A stretch of 64,000 nt of DNA, from positions 64,418,001 through 64,482,000 of the forward strand of contig CM059432.1 in assembly GCA_030390025.1 (NCBI GenBank), given 5' to 3'. Within the stretch, counting starts at the first letter, position 1. Each line of letters starts with the position of its first letter. A program made the position numbers and the translations under genes. Origin of the DNA: Squalus acanthias. Taxonomy: Eukaryota. This document shows positions 1-13,465 of the stretch, one piece after another. Below the pieces are notes generated by a model, which worked only from the letters and a program-made list of their open reading frames with translations, was not told the origin of the DNA and searched no databases.

Positions 1-703
1 ATGCGGATTACACGACCCCAACCCGACCCCAAGACAAAATCCAGCCCTTTGTGTTCTCTTCACAGCTTACTGTCCCACTTAGCTTTGTATCATCAGCAAC
101 CTTGGATACATTACACTCGGTCCCTTTATCTAGGCCATTAATATAGATTGTAAATAGCTGAGGCCCCAACACTGATCTTTGCGGCACCCCACTAATTACA
201 GCCTGCCAACCTGAAAAAGATCCGTTTATCCCTACTCTCTGTTTTCTGTCCGTTAACCAATCCTCTATCCATGCTACTATATTACCCCCAACCCCATGAG
301 CCCTAATCTTGTGTAATAATATTTTATGTGGCACCTTATCGAATGCCTTTTGGAAATCCAAATATACTACATCCACTGGTTCCCCTTTATCTGCCCTGCT
401 AGTTACATCCTCAAAAAACTCTAATAAATTTGTCAAACATGATTTCCCGTTCATAAAACCATGTTGACTCTGCCTAATCATGTTATGATTTTCAAAGTGA
501 CTTGATACCACTTCCTTAACAATGGATTCCAGCATTTTCCCGAAGACTGATGTCAGGCTAACAGGCCTGTAGTTCCCTGCTTTTTCTCTCCCTCCTTTCT
601 TGAATAGCAGTGTTACATTTGTGACCTTCCAATCCACTGGGACCATTCCAGAATCTAGGGAATTTTGGAAGATCAATACCAATGCATCCACTATCTCTTC
701 AGC
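1..703 (-). mobile_element. CR1 LINE ORF2 reverse-transcriptase fragment, running off the window start
   Basis: ORF 8..706 has CR1 RT motifs GNYRPVSLTS, QHGF, YLDFQKAFDKV, GVPQ.SVLGP and ADDTK. Confidence 0.93.
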
Positions 704-706
704 CAC

Positions 707-2370
707 TCCCGGCAGTGGGGAGTCTCACTCTCCGGCAGTGGGCAGTCTCACTTGCCGGCAGTGGGGAGTCTCACTCTCTGGCAGTGGGGAGTCTCACTCA
801 CTGGCAGTGGGGAGTCTCACTTGCTGGCAGTGGGGAGTCTCACTCACTGGCAGTGGGGAGTCTCACTCTCCGGCAGTGGGTAGTCTCACTCACTGGCAGT
901 GGGGAGTCTCACTCACTGGCAGTGGGGAGTCTCACTTGCTGGCAGTGGGTAGTCTCACTCACTGGCAGTGGGTAGTCTCACTCTCCGGCAGTGGGTAGTC
1001 TCACTCACTGGCAGTGGGGAGTCTCACTCACTGGCAGTGGGGAGTCTCACTTGCTGGCAGTGGGGGAGTCTCACTCACTGGCAGTGGGGGAGTCTCACTC
1101 TCCGGCAGTGGGTAGTCTCACTCACTGGCAGTGGGGAGTCTCACTCACTGGCAGTGGGTAGTCTCACTCACTGGCAGTGGGGAGTCTCACTCACTGGCAG
1201 TGGGTATTCACTCATGGCAGTGGTAGTCTCACTCACTGGCAGTGGGTAGTCTCACTACTGGCACTGGGTAGTCTCACTCATGCATGGGTAGTCTCACTCA
1301 CCGGCAGTCTCACTCACTGGCAGTGGGTAGTCTCACTCACTGGCAGTGGGTAGTCTCACTCACTGGCAATGGGGAGTCTCACTCTCCGGCAGTGGGTAGT
1401 CTCACTCGCTGGCAGTGGGGAGTCTCACTCTCCGGCAGTGGGGAGACTCACACTCCGGCAGTGGGTAGTCTCACTCACTGGCAATGGGTAGTCTCACTCA
1501 CTGGCAATGGGGAGTCTCACTCACTGGCAATCGGTAGTCTCACTCACTGGCAATGGGTAGTCTCACTCACTGGCAATGGGGAGTCTCACTCACTGGCAAT
1601 GGGTAGTCTCACTCACTGGCAATGGGTAGTCTCACTCACTGGCAATGGGGAGTCTCACTCACTGGCAATGGGTAGTCTCACTCACTGGCAATGGGTAGTC
1701 TCACTCACTGGCAATGGGTAGTCTCACTCACTGGCAATTGGTAGTCTCACACACTGGCAATGGGTAGTCTCACTCACTGGCAATGGGGAGTCTCACTCTC
1801 CGGCAGTGGGTAGTCTCACTCACTGGCAGTGGGGAGTCTCACTCTCCGGCAGTGGATAGTCTCACTCACTGGCAATGGGTAGTCTCACTCACTGGCAATG
1901 GGTAGTCTCACACACTGGCAATGGGTAGTCTCACTCACTGGCAATGGGTAGTCTCACTCACTGGCAATGGGTAGTCTCACTCACTGGCAGTGGGGAGTCT
2001 CACTCACTGGCAGTGGGTAGTCTCACTCTCCGGCAGTGGATAGTCTCACTCACTGGCAATGGGTAGTCTCACTCACTGGCAGTGGGTAGTCTCACACACT
2101 GGCAATGGGTAGTCTCACTCACTGGCAATGGGTAGTCTCACTCACTGGCAATGGGTAGTCTCACTCACTGGCAATGGGTAGTCTCACTCACTGGCAGTGG
2201 GGAGTCTCACACACTGGCAATGGGTAGTCTCACTCGCTGGCAATGGGGAGTGAGACTCCCTGGCAATGGGTAGTCTCACTCGCTGGCAATTGGCAATGGG
2301 TAGTCTCACTCACTGGCAGTGCGGAGTGAGACTCCCCACTGCCAGCAAGTGAGACTCCCTACTGGCGGCG
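707..2370. repeat. 23-bp minisatellite (consensus CTGGCAGTGGGTAGTCTCACTCA), about 70 units, with inverted units at the right end
   Basis: Tandem array seen directly; the translated ORFs show a 23-aa period (3 x 23 nt); reverse-complement units gagtgagactccc occur near 2248 and at 2324-2365. Confidence 0.95.
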
Positions 2371-2545
2371 TGGACTCATAAAACGCCTCTATACATTCTT
2401 GTGAACATTCCACTGAAGGAAGACACTTGTACTGCCTGTTAGAATTTGATGTTTTAAACAACATGAGAATTGTTGAGTATTTTAATGCTTATGTTTACAG
2501 TGTATTGCATAATCTAAAATCCAAACTATTGTGTTCCTTCTATAG

Positions 2546-2602
2546 GAAAGAACAGTTACAATCAGAAGACAAACAATTGGTGGATTTGGTCTAAGTATAA
2601 AG
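2546..2602 (+). CDS. SNTG1: Gamma-1 syntrophin exon, ERTVTIRRQTIGGFGLSIK (start of PDZ)
   Basis: tatag acceptor and gtgtct donor; 57 nt; nearly identical to recalled human SNTG1 ERTVTIRRQTVGGFGLSIK. Confidence 0.95.
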
Positions 2603-3008
2603 GTGTCTTTTTTTAAATTGTTGTTAATTATTTGAGAATTTTTTTTATTTAATGTCTAGTCTATTCTTTGCAATGTTGACAATATTTGATTATGTCAAGA
2701 AAATTCAAAACAATTTGTCCAGTTAGAATTAATTTCCTTTGCATAATTTCTCAGCTAAGGCCCCTTCTGTTCCAATCTGCTCCTCAATCAAGAAGCTAGC
2801 AGGGCTGTACTAATGAATACTCCACGGAACCTCCCAATCATACTGTTTGGTCAACCCACGGGGAGAGGCTATGAGTGATCTGGAAAGGGTCTCCTTCCCA
2901 GAAAAGTTTTCCAATCCTTCCCCAGATGATCTGGCTGAGACTTTCAATAATTCCTTCCAAGGAGAAGGTTGACTGTAAACGTCAGTTGAGAATAGGTTTC
3001 AATATCGT

Positions 3009-3195
3009 GGGGGTAAATGTTTGTCTTTATACGCATGTGTGGTAATCTGGCAGAGTGCATCACCCATCCGTTATAGAACCTGTCTCATTTTCATCCCATT
3101 GATTTCAATGGAATGAAAACCCGATGGGTTCTATAACTGTTGGCAATCTACTCCACCAGATTACCACCCATTGGTGGAGATGAAAATTTGCCTCA
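3009..3195. mobile_element. Small hairpin MITE-like element with a central cattgatttcaatg palindrome
   Basis: Nested inverted arms ggtaatctgg/ccagattacc and gttatagaacc/ggttctataac. Confidence 0.6.
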
Positions 3196-3320
3196 TGATC
3201 ATCTAGTCGAGAGTTCTTTTAAATGACAGGTAGCGCAATCTGGGTCTTTCTTGAGCCTTATGTTTGAAACATTTGTCAGGAGAGAATTGAGCCAATTTTA
3301 ATTGGCTGAAATTGGCATTA

Positions 3321-3745
3321 ACATAGAAACATAGAATCTAGGAGCAGGAGTAGGCCATTCAGCCCGTCGAGCCTGCTCCACCATTCAATACGATCATGGC
3401 TGATCATCCAAGTCCAGTACCCTGTCCCTGCTTTAATCCCCACAGTACACATATCCCACCCTACCCCCGTAACCCCACGTATTTAATTCCCCCTAACATA
3501 TCCCATCCTATCCCCATAACCCCACATATTTAATCCCCCCCTAACACTAAGGGTCAATTTATCATAGCCAAATCAACCTAACCCGCACATTTTTGGACTG
3601 TGGGAGGAAACCGGAGCACCCGGAGGAAACCCACGCAGACACGGGGAGAATGTGCAAACTCCACACAGACAGTCACCGGAGGTCAGATTCGAACCCGGGT
3701 CCCTGGCGCTGTGAGGCACCAGTGCTAACCACTATGCCACCGTGG
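3321..3745 (-). mobile_element. tRNA-derived V-SINE (HE1-like) with a CR1-type 3' tail
   Basis: tRNA-like head with B box at about 3685-3745 on the minus strand; V-domain ggaggaaaccggagcacccggaggaaacccacgcagacacggggagaa; tail shared with neighbouring CR1 3' ends. Confidence 0.8.
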
Positions 3746-3924
3746 TATTGTCGACAAAATGGGGTCAGCAGACTTACTACCCGTTAACACCGATGCTCTG
3801 GCCAATGTAAAAGGGGTCTTCCCGAGGGTGGCCAGTGCACATGCCTGCTTCAGGTGATAGGCCTCTAAATTTTGGAAATCAGGGTCCTATGCCATAGTTA
3901 GGACCCCGATTGAAAAACTCAAGA

Positions 3925-4590
3925 TGCTGCGGGGTGACCTAATAGAGGTCTTTAAAATTATGAAAGGTTTTGATAGAGTGGATACTGAGAGAATGTTTCC
4001 ACTTGTGGGGAAGAGCATAACCAGAGGCCATCAATATAAGGTAGTCACCAAGAAATCCAATAGGTAATTAAGAAGAAACTTCTTTACCCAAAGAGTGGTG
4101 AGAATGTGGAACTCGCTACCACAGGGAGTGTTTGAAGTGAATAGTATAGAAGCATTTAAGGGGAGGCTAGACAAGCATATGAGGGAAAAGGGAATCAAGG
4201 ATTATGCTGATAGAGTTAGATGAGGAAAGACGGGAGGAGGCTCGTGTGGAGCATAAATGCCTGCATGGACTGGTTGGGCCAAATGGCCTGTTTCTTTGCC
4301 GTATATCCTATGTAATCCTATGTAGATTGTTTCCCTGGCTGGAGAATCTAGAACTAGAGGGCATAGTCTCAGGATAAGGAGCCGGCCTTTTAAGACTGAG
4401 TTGAGGAGGAATTTCTTCACACAGAGGGTTGTGAATCTTTGAAATTCTCTGCCCCAAAGTGCTGTGGATGCTCAGTCGTTGAGTATATTCAAGGCTGAGA
4501 TAGATAGTTTTTTGGGCTGCAGAAGAATTAAGGGATATGGAGATCGGGTGGGAAAGTGGAGTTGAGGTCGAAGATCAGCCATGATCTTAT
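3925..4590 (+). mobile_element. Two abutting 5'-truncated CR1 3'-end fragments (about 3925-4323 and 4326-4590)
   Basis: RGDLIEVFKI and FFTQRVV..WNSLP C-terminal motifs; atcctatgt tail repeats. Confidence 0.85.
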
Positions 4591-7258
4591 TGGCTTGGCA
4601 GATTGTGATGTAGAACTGGAATCAGTTTGGGTGGAGCTAAGAAACAGCAAAGGGTGGAAAACATTGGTGGGAGTTGTGTATAGGCCACCAAACAGTAATG
4701 GTAATGTAGGGCACAGTATCAATCAAGAGATTAGAAGTGCATGTAACAAGGGCAATACGGTAATCATGGGGGACTTTAATCTACATATTGACTGGGCAAA
4801 TCAAATTACCACTAATGGTGTGGAGGACGAATTCTTGGAATGCATGCAAGATGGTTTCCTGGATCAGTATGTGGAGGAACCAACCAGGGAACAGACTATT
4901 CTAGATCTGGTACTGTGTAATGAGAAAGGGCTAATCAATAATCTTGTGGTAAAGGGGCCTTTAGGGACAAGTGACCATAATATGATTGAATTTTGCATTA
5001 CGTTTGAGAGTGATGTAGTCCAATCTGAAATTAAGGTCTTCAATCTAAACAAAGGAAACTACAAGGGTATGAGGGACAAGTTGGCCATGGTAGATTGGGA
5101 GACTACACTAAAAGGTATGAAGGTGGACATACAATGGCTAACATTCAAGGAAATAATGCATAATTTGCAACAAACATATATTCCTCTAGGGCATAAAAAC
5201 CCAAAAGGAAAAGTGATCCAACCATGGCTAACAAAAGAAATTAAAGCTAGTATTAAGTCATAGGAGGAAGCTTATAAAGTTGCCAGAAAAAGTGGTCAGC
5301 CTGAGGATTGGGATCTTTTTAGAAATCACCAAACGGGGGCCAAGAAATTGATAAAGAAAGGGAAAATGGAATATAAGCACAAACTAGCGAAAAATATAGA
5401 AACAGATTGTAAAAGCTTCTATAGGTATGTGAAAAGGAAAAGACTGGCAAAGGTAAATGTAGATCCTTTACAGTCAGAGACGGGAGAATTTATAATGGGG
5501 AATGAGGAAAAGGCTGAGAAATTAAATAAATACTTTGTTTCTGTCTTCACGGAGGAAGACACAAAAAACCTCCCAGAAATACGAGAAAACCAAGGGTGTG
5601 ATGAGAATGAAGAACTTAAAGAAATTATTATTAGTTAAAAAAACAGTACTAGCAAAATTAATAGGACTAAAAGTCGATAAATCCCAAGGACCGGATGACC
5701 TACATCCTAGGGTTTTGAAAGAGGTGGCCATTGGAATAGTGGATGCATTGGTTGTCATCTTCCAAAATTCTATAGATTCTGGAAGGGTTCCTGCAGATTG
5801 GAGGATAGCAAATATAACCCTGCTATTTAAGAAAGGAGGGAGAGAGGAAACGGGGAACTACAGACCTGTTAGCCTCACATCAGTAGTTGGGAAAATGCTG
5901 GAATCTATTATAAAGGATGCAATAACTGGGCACTTACAAACTGATAGTAAGATTGGGCAGTCAACATGGATTTATGAAAGGGAAATCCTGTTTGACAAAC
6001 CTATTGGAGTTCTTTGAGGATGTAACTAGTGGAGTAGACAAAGGGGAACCGGTAGATGTGGTGTATCTGGATTTTCAGAAGGCCTTCGATAAGATCCCAC
6101 ACAAGAGGTTGGTGAACAAAATTAGGGCACATGGAATTGGGGGTAATATACTAGCATGGGTTGAGAATTGGTTAACAGACAGAAAACAAAGAGTAGGGAT
6201 AAACGGGTCTTTTTCAGGATGGCAGGCTGTGACTAGTGGGGGACTGCAAGGATCGGTGCTTGGGCCCCAGCTATTCACAATCTATATCAATGATTTGGAT
6301 GAGGGGACTAAATGTAACATTTCCAAATTTGCTGATGATACAAAGCTAGGTGGCAGTGTCAGTTGCAAAGAGGATGTGAAGAGGCTTCAAGGGGATCTCA
6401 ACAGGCTCAGTGAGTGGGCGAGAACATGGCAGATGGAATATAATGTGGATAAATGTGAAGTTATCCACTTTGGTAGAAAAAACAGAAAGGCAGAGTATTT
6501 CCTAAATAGTGAAAGATTGGGGAATGCAGATGCTCAAAGGGACCTGGGTGTCCTTGTACATGAGTCACTGAAAGTGAATATGCAGGTGCATCAAGCCATT
6601 AGGAAGGCAAATAGTATGCTGGCCTTCATTACAAGAGGATTTGAGTACAGGAGTAAAGAAGACTTACTCCAATTATATAGGGCCTTGGTGAGACCACACC
6701 TGGAGTACTGTGTACAATTTTGGTCTCCTTACCTAAGGAAGGATATACTTGCCATAGAGGGAGTGCAACGAAGGTTCACGAGATTGATTCCTGGAATGGC
6801 AGGACTGTCGTATGAGAGGAGATTGAGTAAACTAGGCCTGTATTCTCTTGAATTCAGAAGAATGAGAGGTGATCTCATTGAAGCATACAAAATTATTACA
6901 GGGCTTGATAGGATGAATGCTGGGAGAATGTTTCCCTTGGCTGGGGAGTCTAGAACCAGAGGCCACAGCCTCCAGATAAAGGGTAGGCCATTCAGGACTG
7001 AGATGAGAAGAAATTTCTTCACTCAGAGGGTGGTGAATATTTGGAATTCTCTACCCCAGAGGGCTGTGGAGGCTCAGTCATTGAGTATATTCAAAACAGA
7101 AGTTGATAGATTTCTGACTAGTAAGGGCTTCAAGGGATATGGCTATAGGGCCGGTGAATGGAGTTGAAGCAGAAGATCAGCCATGATCTCATTGAATGGC
7201 AGAGCAGGTTTGAAGGGCCGAATGGCCTACTCCTGCTCCTGTCTCTTATGTTCTTATG
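4591..7258 (+). mobile_element. CR1 LINE ORF2 (APE endonuclease + RT), disrupted by a stop and frameshifts, with 3' UTR and tail
   Basis: ORFs 4556..5263 (VYRPP, GDFN, SDH), 5348..5638, 5535..6017 and 5953..7167 (FADDTK); tail tcttatgttcttatg. Confidence 0.95.
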
Positions 7259-7737
7259 AATGACGGAGCAGGCTCGAGGGGCCGTATGGCCTACTCCTGC
7301 TCTTAATTCCTTTTAAGTTTAAGGAGCGTCTTAAAGGAGGAAAGAGAGGTAAAGATGTTTAGGCAGGGAATTCCAGAGCTTAGGGCCTAGGCAACAGAGG
7401 CACGACCACTAATGGCTGAGCGATTATAATCAGGGATGCTCAAGAGGGCAGAATTAGAGGAGCGCAGATATCTCGGGGGGTTGTGGGGCTGAAGGAGATT
7501 ACAGAGATAGGTACATTGGCACAAATTCAGGACTTAGGAGATTTTTAAGACCTTAAGGGAGCTGTAGCCACTTGTGATGTTTAATGCAGCTTGAAACAGA
7601 TGTAGGGAATTGCACATGACTCAATTAGCCTTCATCTTCTATAAAGATCAGGGAAAAAACCATCTGTCCTTCACCATTTTTATACTGCAGTGTCTAGTGG
7701 CTATTTCTGGATCAGAAAAATGATTTTAAAATAATGT

Positions 7738-8510
7738 CCCGGAATTTGCAGTCCTGATGACGGTGAACTGACAGCGTTCACCGTCATTTCACCTTTGAAA
7801 CTAATCGCATCTTCAGGATTTAGCACATAAGCAGCCTAATGCAGAAATCTTGAAGGTCTGTCATTCACTGCTCCAACACAGGCTTTGCTGTGCCCCCGAC
7901 CGCCCACCGCCACCCCCCGCTGCCCCCCCCCCCACACCCCGGCCCTCCAATCAGTGAAATTACTGATCTGCCAAAAACTTCCCCTTTTCCGAACAAATAT
8001 TGCTGTTGGAAACTCCATAAAAAGTTAGACCCATTCAAATGAGGAGTAACTGGATTTTTAATGGCGATCTGAGCAATAACCACTGATAAACCACTGATAA
8101 AGAACCGTTCTGGCCCTGAAAAACTAACTTTATATTGGTGGAAAGTCAAATTTCTCCATTAATTAAAAAAAATATTTTTTAAAGTTTGTTCATGATATTT
8201 CAGCTTCTACCTTAACCCAATGTGTATGTCCCAATCTTTATGTCGCTCTCTGTAAATTTTTTAAAAAGTGATTAATTATTAGTGCTTTCTATTTCCAGTT
8301 TCCCTGTCTGTAAGAATTATGTGATTGGCTGCTTAGACAGCTTGTTGACATCATAGCAGCTTGCACTATGGGATTCCCACTAAACTACGTTGATTTCAAA
8401 CTGCACGTCAGAAAAGCCTAACTTTTCGCCACAGAGATCGCGAGATCTTTGTGAGAAGCTTACTTCGGGTCCAACGGCGAATACCTTTGAATTGCTGCTG
8501 ACCGCAAATT
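7738..8510. mobile_element. Non-autonomous DNA transposon (Harbinger-type MITE) with its right end abutting a CR1 tail
   Basis: Terminal inverted repeats gaatttgcagtc / gaccgcaaattc around an AT-rich core. Confidence 0.55.
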
Positions 8511-10740
8511 CATAGAATCATAGAAAGTTACAGCACGGAAGGAGGCCATTTCAGCCCATCGTGTTTGCGCCGGCCAACAAAGAGCTATCCAGCCTAATCC
8601 CAATTCCCAGCTCTTGGTCCGTAGCCCTGCAGGTTACAGCATCCCAAGTGCACATCCAAGTACTTTTTAAATGTGGTTAGGTTCCTGCCTCTACCACCCT
8701 TTCAGGCAGTGAGTTCCAGACCCCCACAACCCTCTGGGTGAAGAAATTTCCCCTCAAATCCCCTCTAAACCTTCCACCAATTACTTTAAATCTGTGCCCC
8801 CTGGTTTTTGACCCCTCTGCTAAGGGAAATAGGTCCTTTCTATCCACTTTATCTATGCCCCACATAATTTTATACACCTCAATAAGGTCTCCCCTCAGCC
8901 TCCTTTGTTCCAAGGAAAACAGACCCGGCCTATCCAGTCTTTCCTCATAGCTAAGATTCTCTACTCCCGGCAACATCCTTGTAAATCTCCTCTGTACCCT
9001 CTCTAGTGCAATCACATCTTTCCTGTAATGTGGTGACCAGAACTGCACGCAGTACTCTAGCTGAGGCCTAACTAGTGTTTTATACAGTTGAAGCATAACC
9101 CCCCCTGCTCTTGTATTCCATGCCACGGCTAATAAAGGCAAGAATTCTATGTGCCTTCCTAACCACCTTATCTACCTGGCCTGCTACCTTCAGGGATCTG
9201 TGGACATGCACTCCAAGGTCCCTTTGTTCCTCTACACTACTCAGTGTCCTACCATTTAATGTGTATTCCCTTTCCTTGTTAGCCCTCCCCAAATGCATTA
9301 CCTCACACTTCTCCGGCTTGAATTCCATTTGCCACTGTTCTGCCCACCTGATCAATTTATTGATATCCTCCTGCAGTCTACAGCTTACTTCTTCAGTATC
9401 AACCACACAGCCAATTTTAGTATCATCTGCAAACTTCTTAATCATACCCCCTATATTCAAGTCTAGATCATTGATATATACCACAAAAAGCAAGGGACCT
9501 AGTACTGAGCCCTGCGGAACCCCACTGGAAACAGCCTTCCAGTCACAAAAACACCCATCAACCATTACCCTCTGCTTCCTGTCTCTGAGCCAGTTTTGAA
9601 TCCAACTTGACACTTTGCCCTGGATCCCATGGGCTTTTAACTTTGTGATCAGTCTGCCATGTGGAACCTTATCAAAAGCCTTGCTAAAGTCTATATAAAC
9701 TACATCAAACGCACTACCCTCATCTACCCTCCTTGTTACCTCCTCAAAAAATTCAATCAAGTTTGTCAGACACGACCTTCCCTTAACAATTCCGTGCTGA
9801 CTATCTTTGATTAATCTGTGTCTTTCTAAATGAAGATTTATCCTGTCCTTCACAATTCTTTCCAATAATTTACCCACCACCAAAGTTAGGCTGACTGGCC
9901 TGTAATTACTCGGTCTACCCTTTTCTCCCTTTTTAAACAAGAGTACCACATTAGCAGTCCTCCAGTCCTCCGGCACCACACCTGAAGCCAGAGAGGATTG
10001 AAAACTGATGGTTAGGGCCTCTGCTATTTCCTCTTTAGCTTCGCTTAACAGCCTGGGATACATTTCTTCCGGGCCTGGGGATTTATCCACTTTTAAAGCT
10101 GCTAAACCCCTTAATACTTCCTCTCTCACTATGTTTATTTCTTCTAATATTTCACACTCCTCCCCCCTGATAGCAATGTCTGCTTCGCCCCTCCTTTGTG
10201 AAAACAGATGCAAAGTATTCATTTAGACCCCTACTGACGTCTCCCGCCTCCACACACAGATTACCCTCATGATCTCTAATAGGCCCTACCCTTTCTTTAG
10301 TTATCCTCTTACTCTTAATTTATTTATAAAACATCTTTCGGTTTTCCTTGATTTTACTTGCCAAGAATTGTTCATGCTCTCTCTTTGCTTTCCTAATATC
10401 CTTTTTAATTGCACCCCTGCACTTTCTGTACTCCTCTAAAGATTCTGGAATATTTAGCCCTCGGTATCTGTCATACGCCTCCCTTTTTTTCTTTATCCTA
10501 CCCTGTATGTCCCTAGACATCCAGGGGGCTCTAGATTTGTTAGTCCCACCTTTTTTCTTTAAGGGCACATATTTGGTCTGAACCCTCCGGATCTCCTCCT
10601 TGAATGCCTCCCACTGCTCTGACACTGATTTACCTTCAAGTAGCTGTTTCCAGTCCATTATGGCTAAATCACCTCTGAGCTTAGCAAAATTTGCTTTTCC
10701 CCAATTTAGAATTTTTATTCCTGGTCTATCCTTGTCCTTG
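8511..10740 (-). mobile_element. 5'-truncated, frameshifted CR1 LINE ORF2
   Basis: ORFs 10320..10835, 9080..10222 (RT, FADDTK) and 8677..9141; catagaatcatagaa tail at 8511. Confidence 0.95.
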
Positions 10741-10905
10741 ATCTTGTACACCATTTGTAGTCTGTAGCTTACACAATTTAGCATTATATCAGTAAAAGAC
10801 CCGGGGAACATTGAATAGTGATGAGGCACATGCACCTATGGCAAGTAACACAAGGGCATTCTATAGGAAACGTGCAGGTGAGGTGTAAACACAATACAAC
10901 TTATT

Positions 10906-11262
10906 TTGCTTGACAAGGTAGATGCTAGGCGTATGCTTCTCCTGACTGGAGAGTCTAGAACTAGGGGTCACAGGCTCAGAATTAGGGGTCGGCTATTTAG
11001 GACTGAGATGAAGAGAAATTTCTTCACTCAACGAATTGCGAATCTTTGGAATTCTCTACCGCAGAGGAGTGTGGATGCTCAGTCATGGAGTATATTCAAG
11101 ACAGAGACTGATAGATTTTTGGGTACTGAGGGAATCAAGGGATATGGGGATAGTGCGGGAAGGTGGAGTTGAGGTAGAAGATCAGCTATGATCATAATGA
11201 ATGGCAGAGCAGGCTCGAGGGGCCGAATGGCCTACTCCTGCTCCTTTTTCTTATGTTCTTAG
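10906..11262 (+). mobile_element. CR1 3'-end fragment
   Basis: ORF 10906..11172 has the CR1 C-terminal motif, followed by a cttatgttctt tail. Confidence 0.88.
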
Positions 11263-11399
11263 GTTCTATTTACAATAAAGACAACTGGGCGGGGGGGAGG
11301 GGAATTGGTTTGAGTGGTAGCACAAAACAGGCGATTGCGAAATTGCTAGCACATTTTTGAAATTATTGGAAAAGAAAATTGTGCAGAGTGTAAAACAAT

Positions 11400-12162
11400 G
11401 GGCCAGAAATTCGGCTTTCCGGCTTCCTGCGGGTGCAAGCATCGCGCGCGTACTTGCCTACCGCACCTGCCGTTGTGCTTTGGGCCCACGAGGACTTCGG
11501 GTCCTGGGCCTCCTCCAGCTGCCGGCGCGCAGTGCTTGTGTATCCCAGGGGCGCAGTTAGTTCGAAGCGTCCCCTGGGATCACGTGGGCCATGGAGAGCC
11601 AATCCTAGCAGGGCATTTTCATTCATAGATTTGACAGGAAGTTCTGTCAAATCTACGAATAGAGATCGGCCCCAAAACCACACAAACTTCAATTAATTTT
11701 TTTTAAAAACATCACATTTTTAAAATAACTATAAGTTACATAAATTAACTACATTAAACAAAAATTTAAATTTTTGAAAAAATTAATTATACTTTTTAAC
11801 GGTGCTAAAAATAAACTTACCTTTCTTTAAAGTATCTAAAAAAGATAAACCTGTTGAAAAAATGTTTAAATTGTAATTAATTAACCACTTACCTTGTTAA
11901 AAACAGGCCTTGTGCCTCCTTTTTAAAAGTGCAGCTTCTTCATACTTACCTTCCTGGAGAAACCTGAAAAAAAAACTGCAGTTCGCTGCGTGCGCGCAGC
12001 CTCTCCCGCGCACGCGTTCGACTTCTGAACCCCTCCCTTCAGGGGAACGGAAGTTCCGGTTTTCCGCGCATGCGCAGTGCATGCAGGAAACCGGCACTTC
12101 AGGTGGCCTTACGGGTGAGTACACAGCGCGTACTCACCCGACAACAGCCGAATTTCTGGCCC
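11400..12162. mobile_element. Harbinger-type MITE with TIR GGGCCAGAAATTCGGCT and TSD AAT, nested in a smaller hairpin MITE (about 11290-12207)
   Basis: Perfect 17-bp TIRs with aat on both flanks; same family as 33449-34170 and 45794-46535, in the opposite orientation. Confidence 0.88.
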
Positions 12163-13465
12163 AATATCATCTGTTTTGCACTACTGCCCAAGGTGAATTT
12201 AAGCCCCATTGATTTTAAGACAATCGTGTATATTTTCTTCCCGTTTTCAATGTTGATACAAAAAGTCAGTGCCAGTATAAAATGGGGAAGTGTAGGAAAA
12301 TATACCCCAATATTTCTTTTTAACACTTCACAAAAGGTCTGAAAATATTTTTTATATAAATCTTAAAACTTAACTAACAATTATTGTACTTAAATGAGGG
12401 CAGCTTTACCTATTGTTGAATGAGCAGTATATTGTAACTGGGATTTGCAAACAACAGAATCACTAATCCTCTGCACGAACAGAGAACAAATGTGAAAAAT
12501 ACTAACCTACCTAGAAGAAATAAAAAGAATATAGAAAACAACCCCCCTAAAAAAGTGAAAATAGGAGATGATGTTGCCAGGGCTAATTGCTATTTTTGAT
12601 TTTAGCTGCTTGTCTTAGCCTGCCGCAGCTTGCCTCTGTTTCGAAGACCTTATGCAGAGACAAGGCACAGTGGGCTCCCTATTGTGCCTGTACATATACC
12701 TTATACTGGACCAGTATGGAGAATAGTGGCACTGGCAGAATTGATGGTGCAACACCCTAACTGTGAGCATGTTTTATAAAAAGAATAGAAAAAAAGGCCT
12801 GCTTCAGATTTGACAGTATTGATTGTATACATGTTACACAATAAAAATTAGAACCAAATTGCTTTTTAAACTACTTACATGACAACCTTAATATTCACAG
12901 AACATGTTGAGAGCCAACATTGTTTATTTTCTCTTATGTTGCAGTCTGTTATTCAGTTACTTATATTATCTGCATGTATAACTTATACTGTAACTGAGCC
13001 AATAAGAGTACTGGATGTTCTCATTGCAAGCAGTTGTGAGATCTCTAAGAGCAAATATGTGCTTGATTTGATCCATATTGGAATGCAATAAGAAATCAGA
13101 AGTAGTGAATCTCCCCTGGTTTCAATCCATTAACTGTATCTGGAGATTAAATTATTGCATTCCTGATGCTTGTTATTACCTTGAATACATTTTAATCTTA
13201 TGTGAGAACTTTATGTAGTTTTGGGTCTGTTTATGTGCTAACAGCAGCTGCCAATGTGGATGCCAAATACCAGTGTACTTCATGTGATGATATTGATACA
13301 AGAGTATTAATAATTATAGCATCATTACTGAAGATTTACTAAGAAATCATTTGCATTTGATTATTGTGAAATAATGCAGTCAGTATACATTAAAAAGGAC
13401 TAATGAGTTTTTAGTGTCCATTTAAATAGTCAATGTTAACATGAAGACTAAAACAGAAACATCTC

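Noticed and set aside
707-2370. CRISPR array or repeat protein (ORFs between 600 and 1721)
   Set aside because: The units are directly adjacent with no spacers, the context is eukaryotic, and the ORFs are by-products of a 23-bp unit
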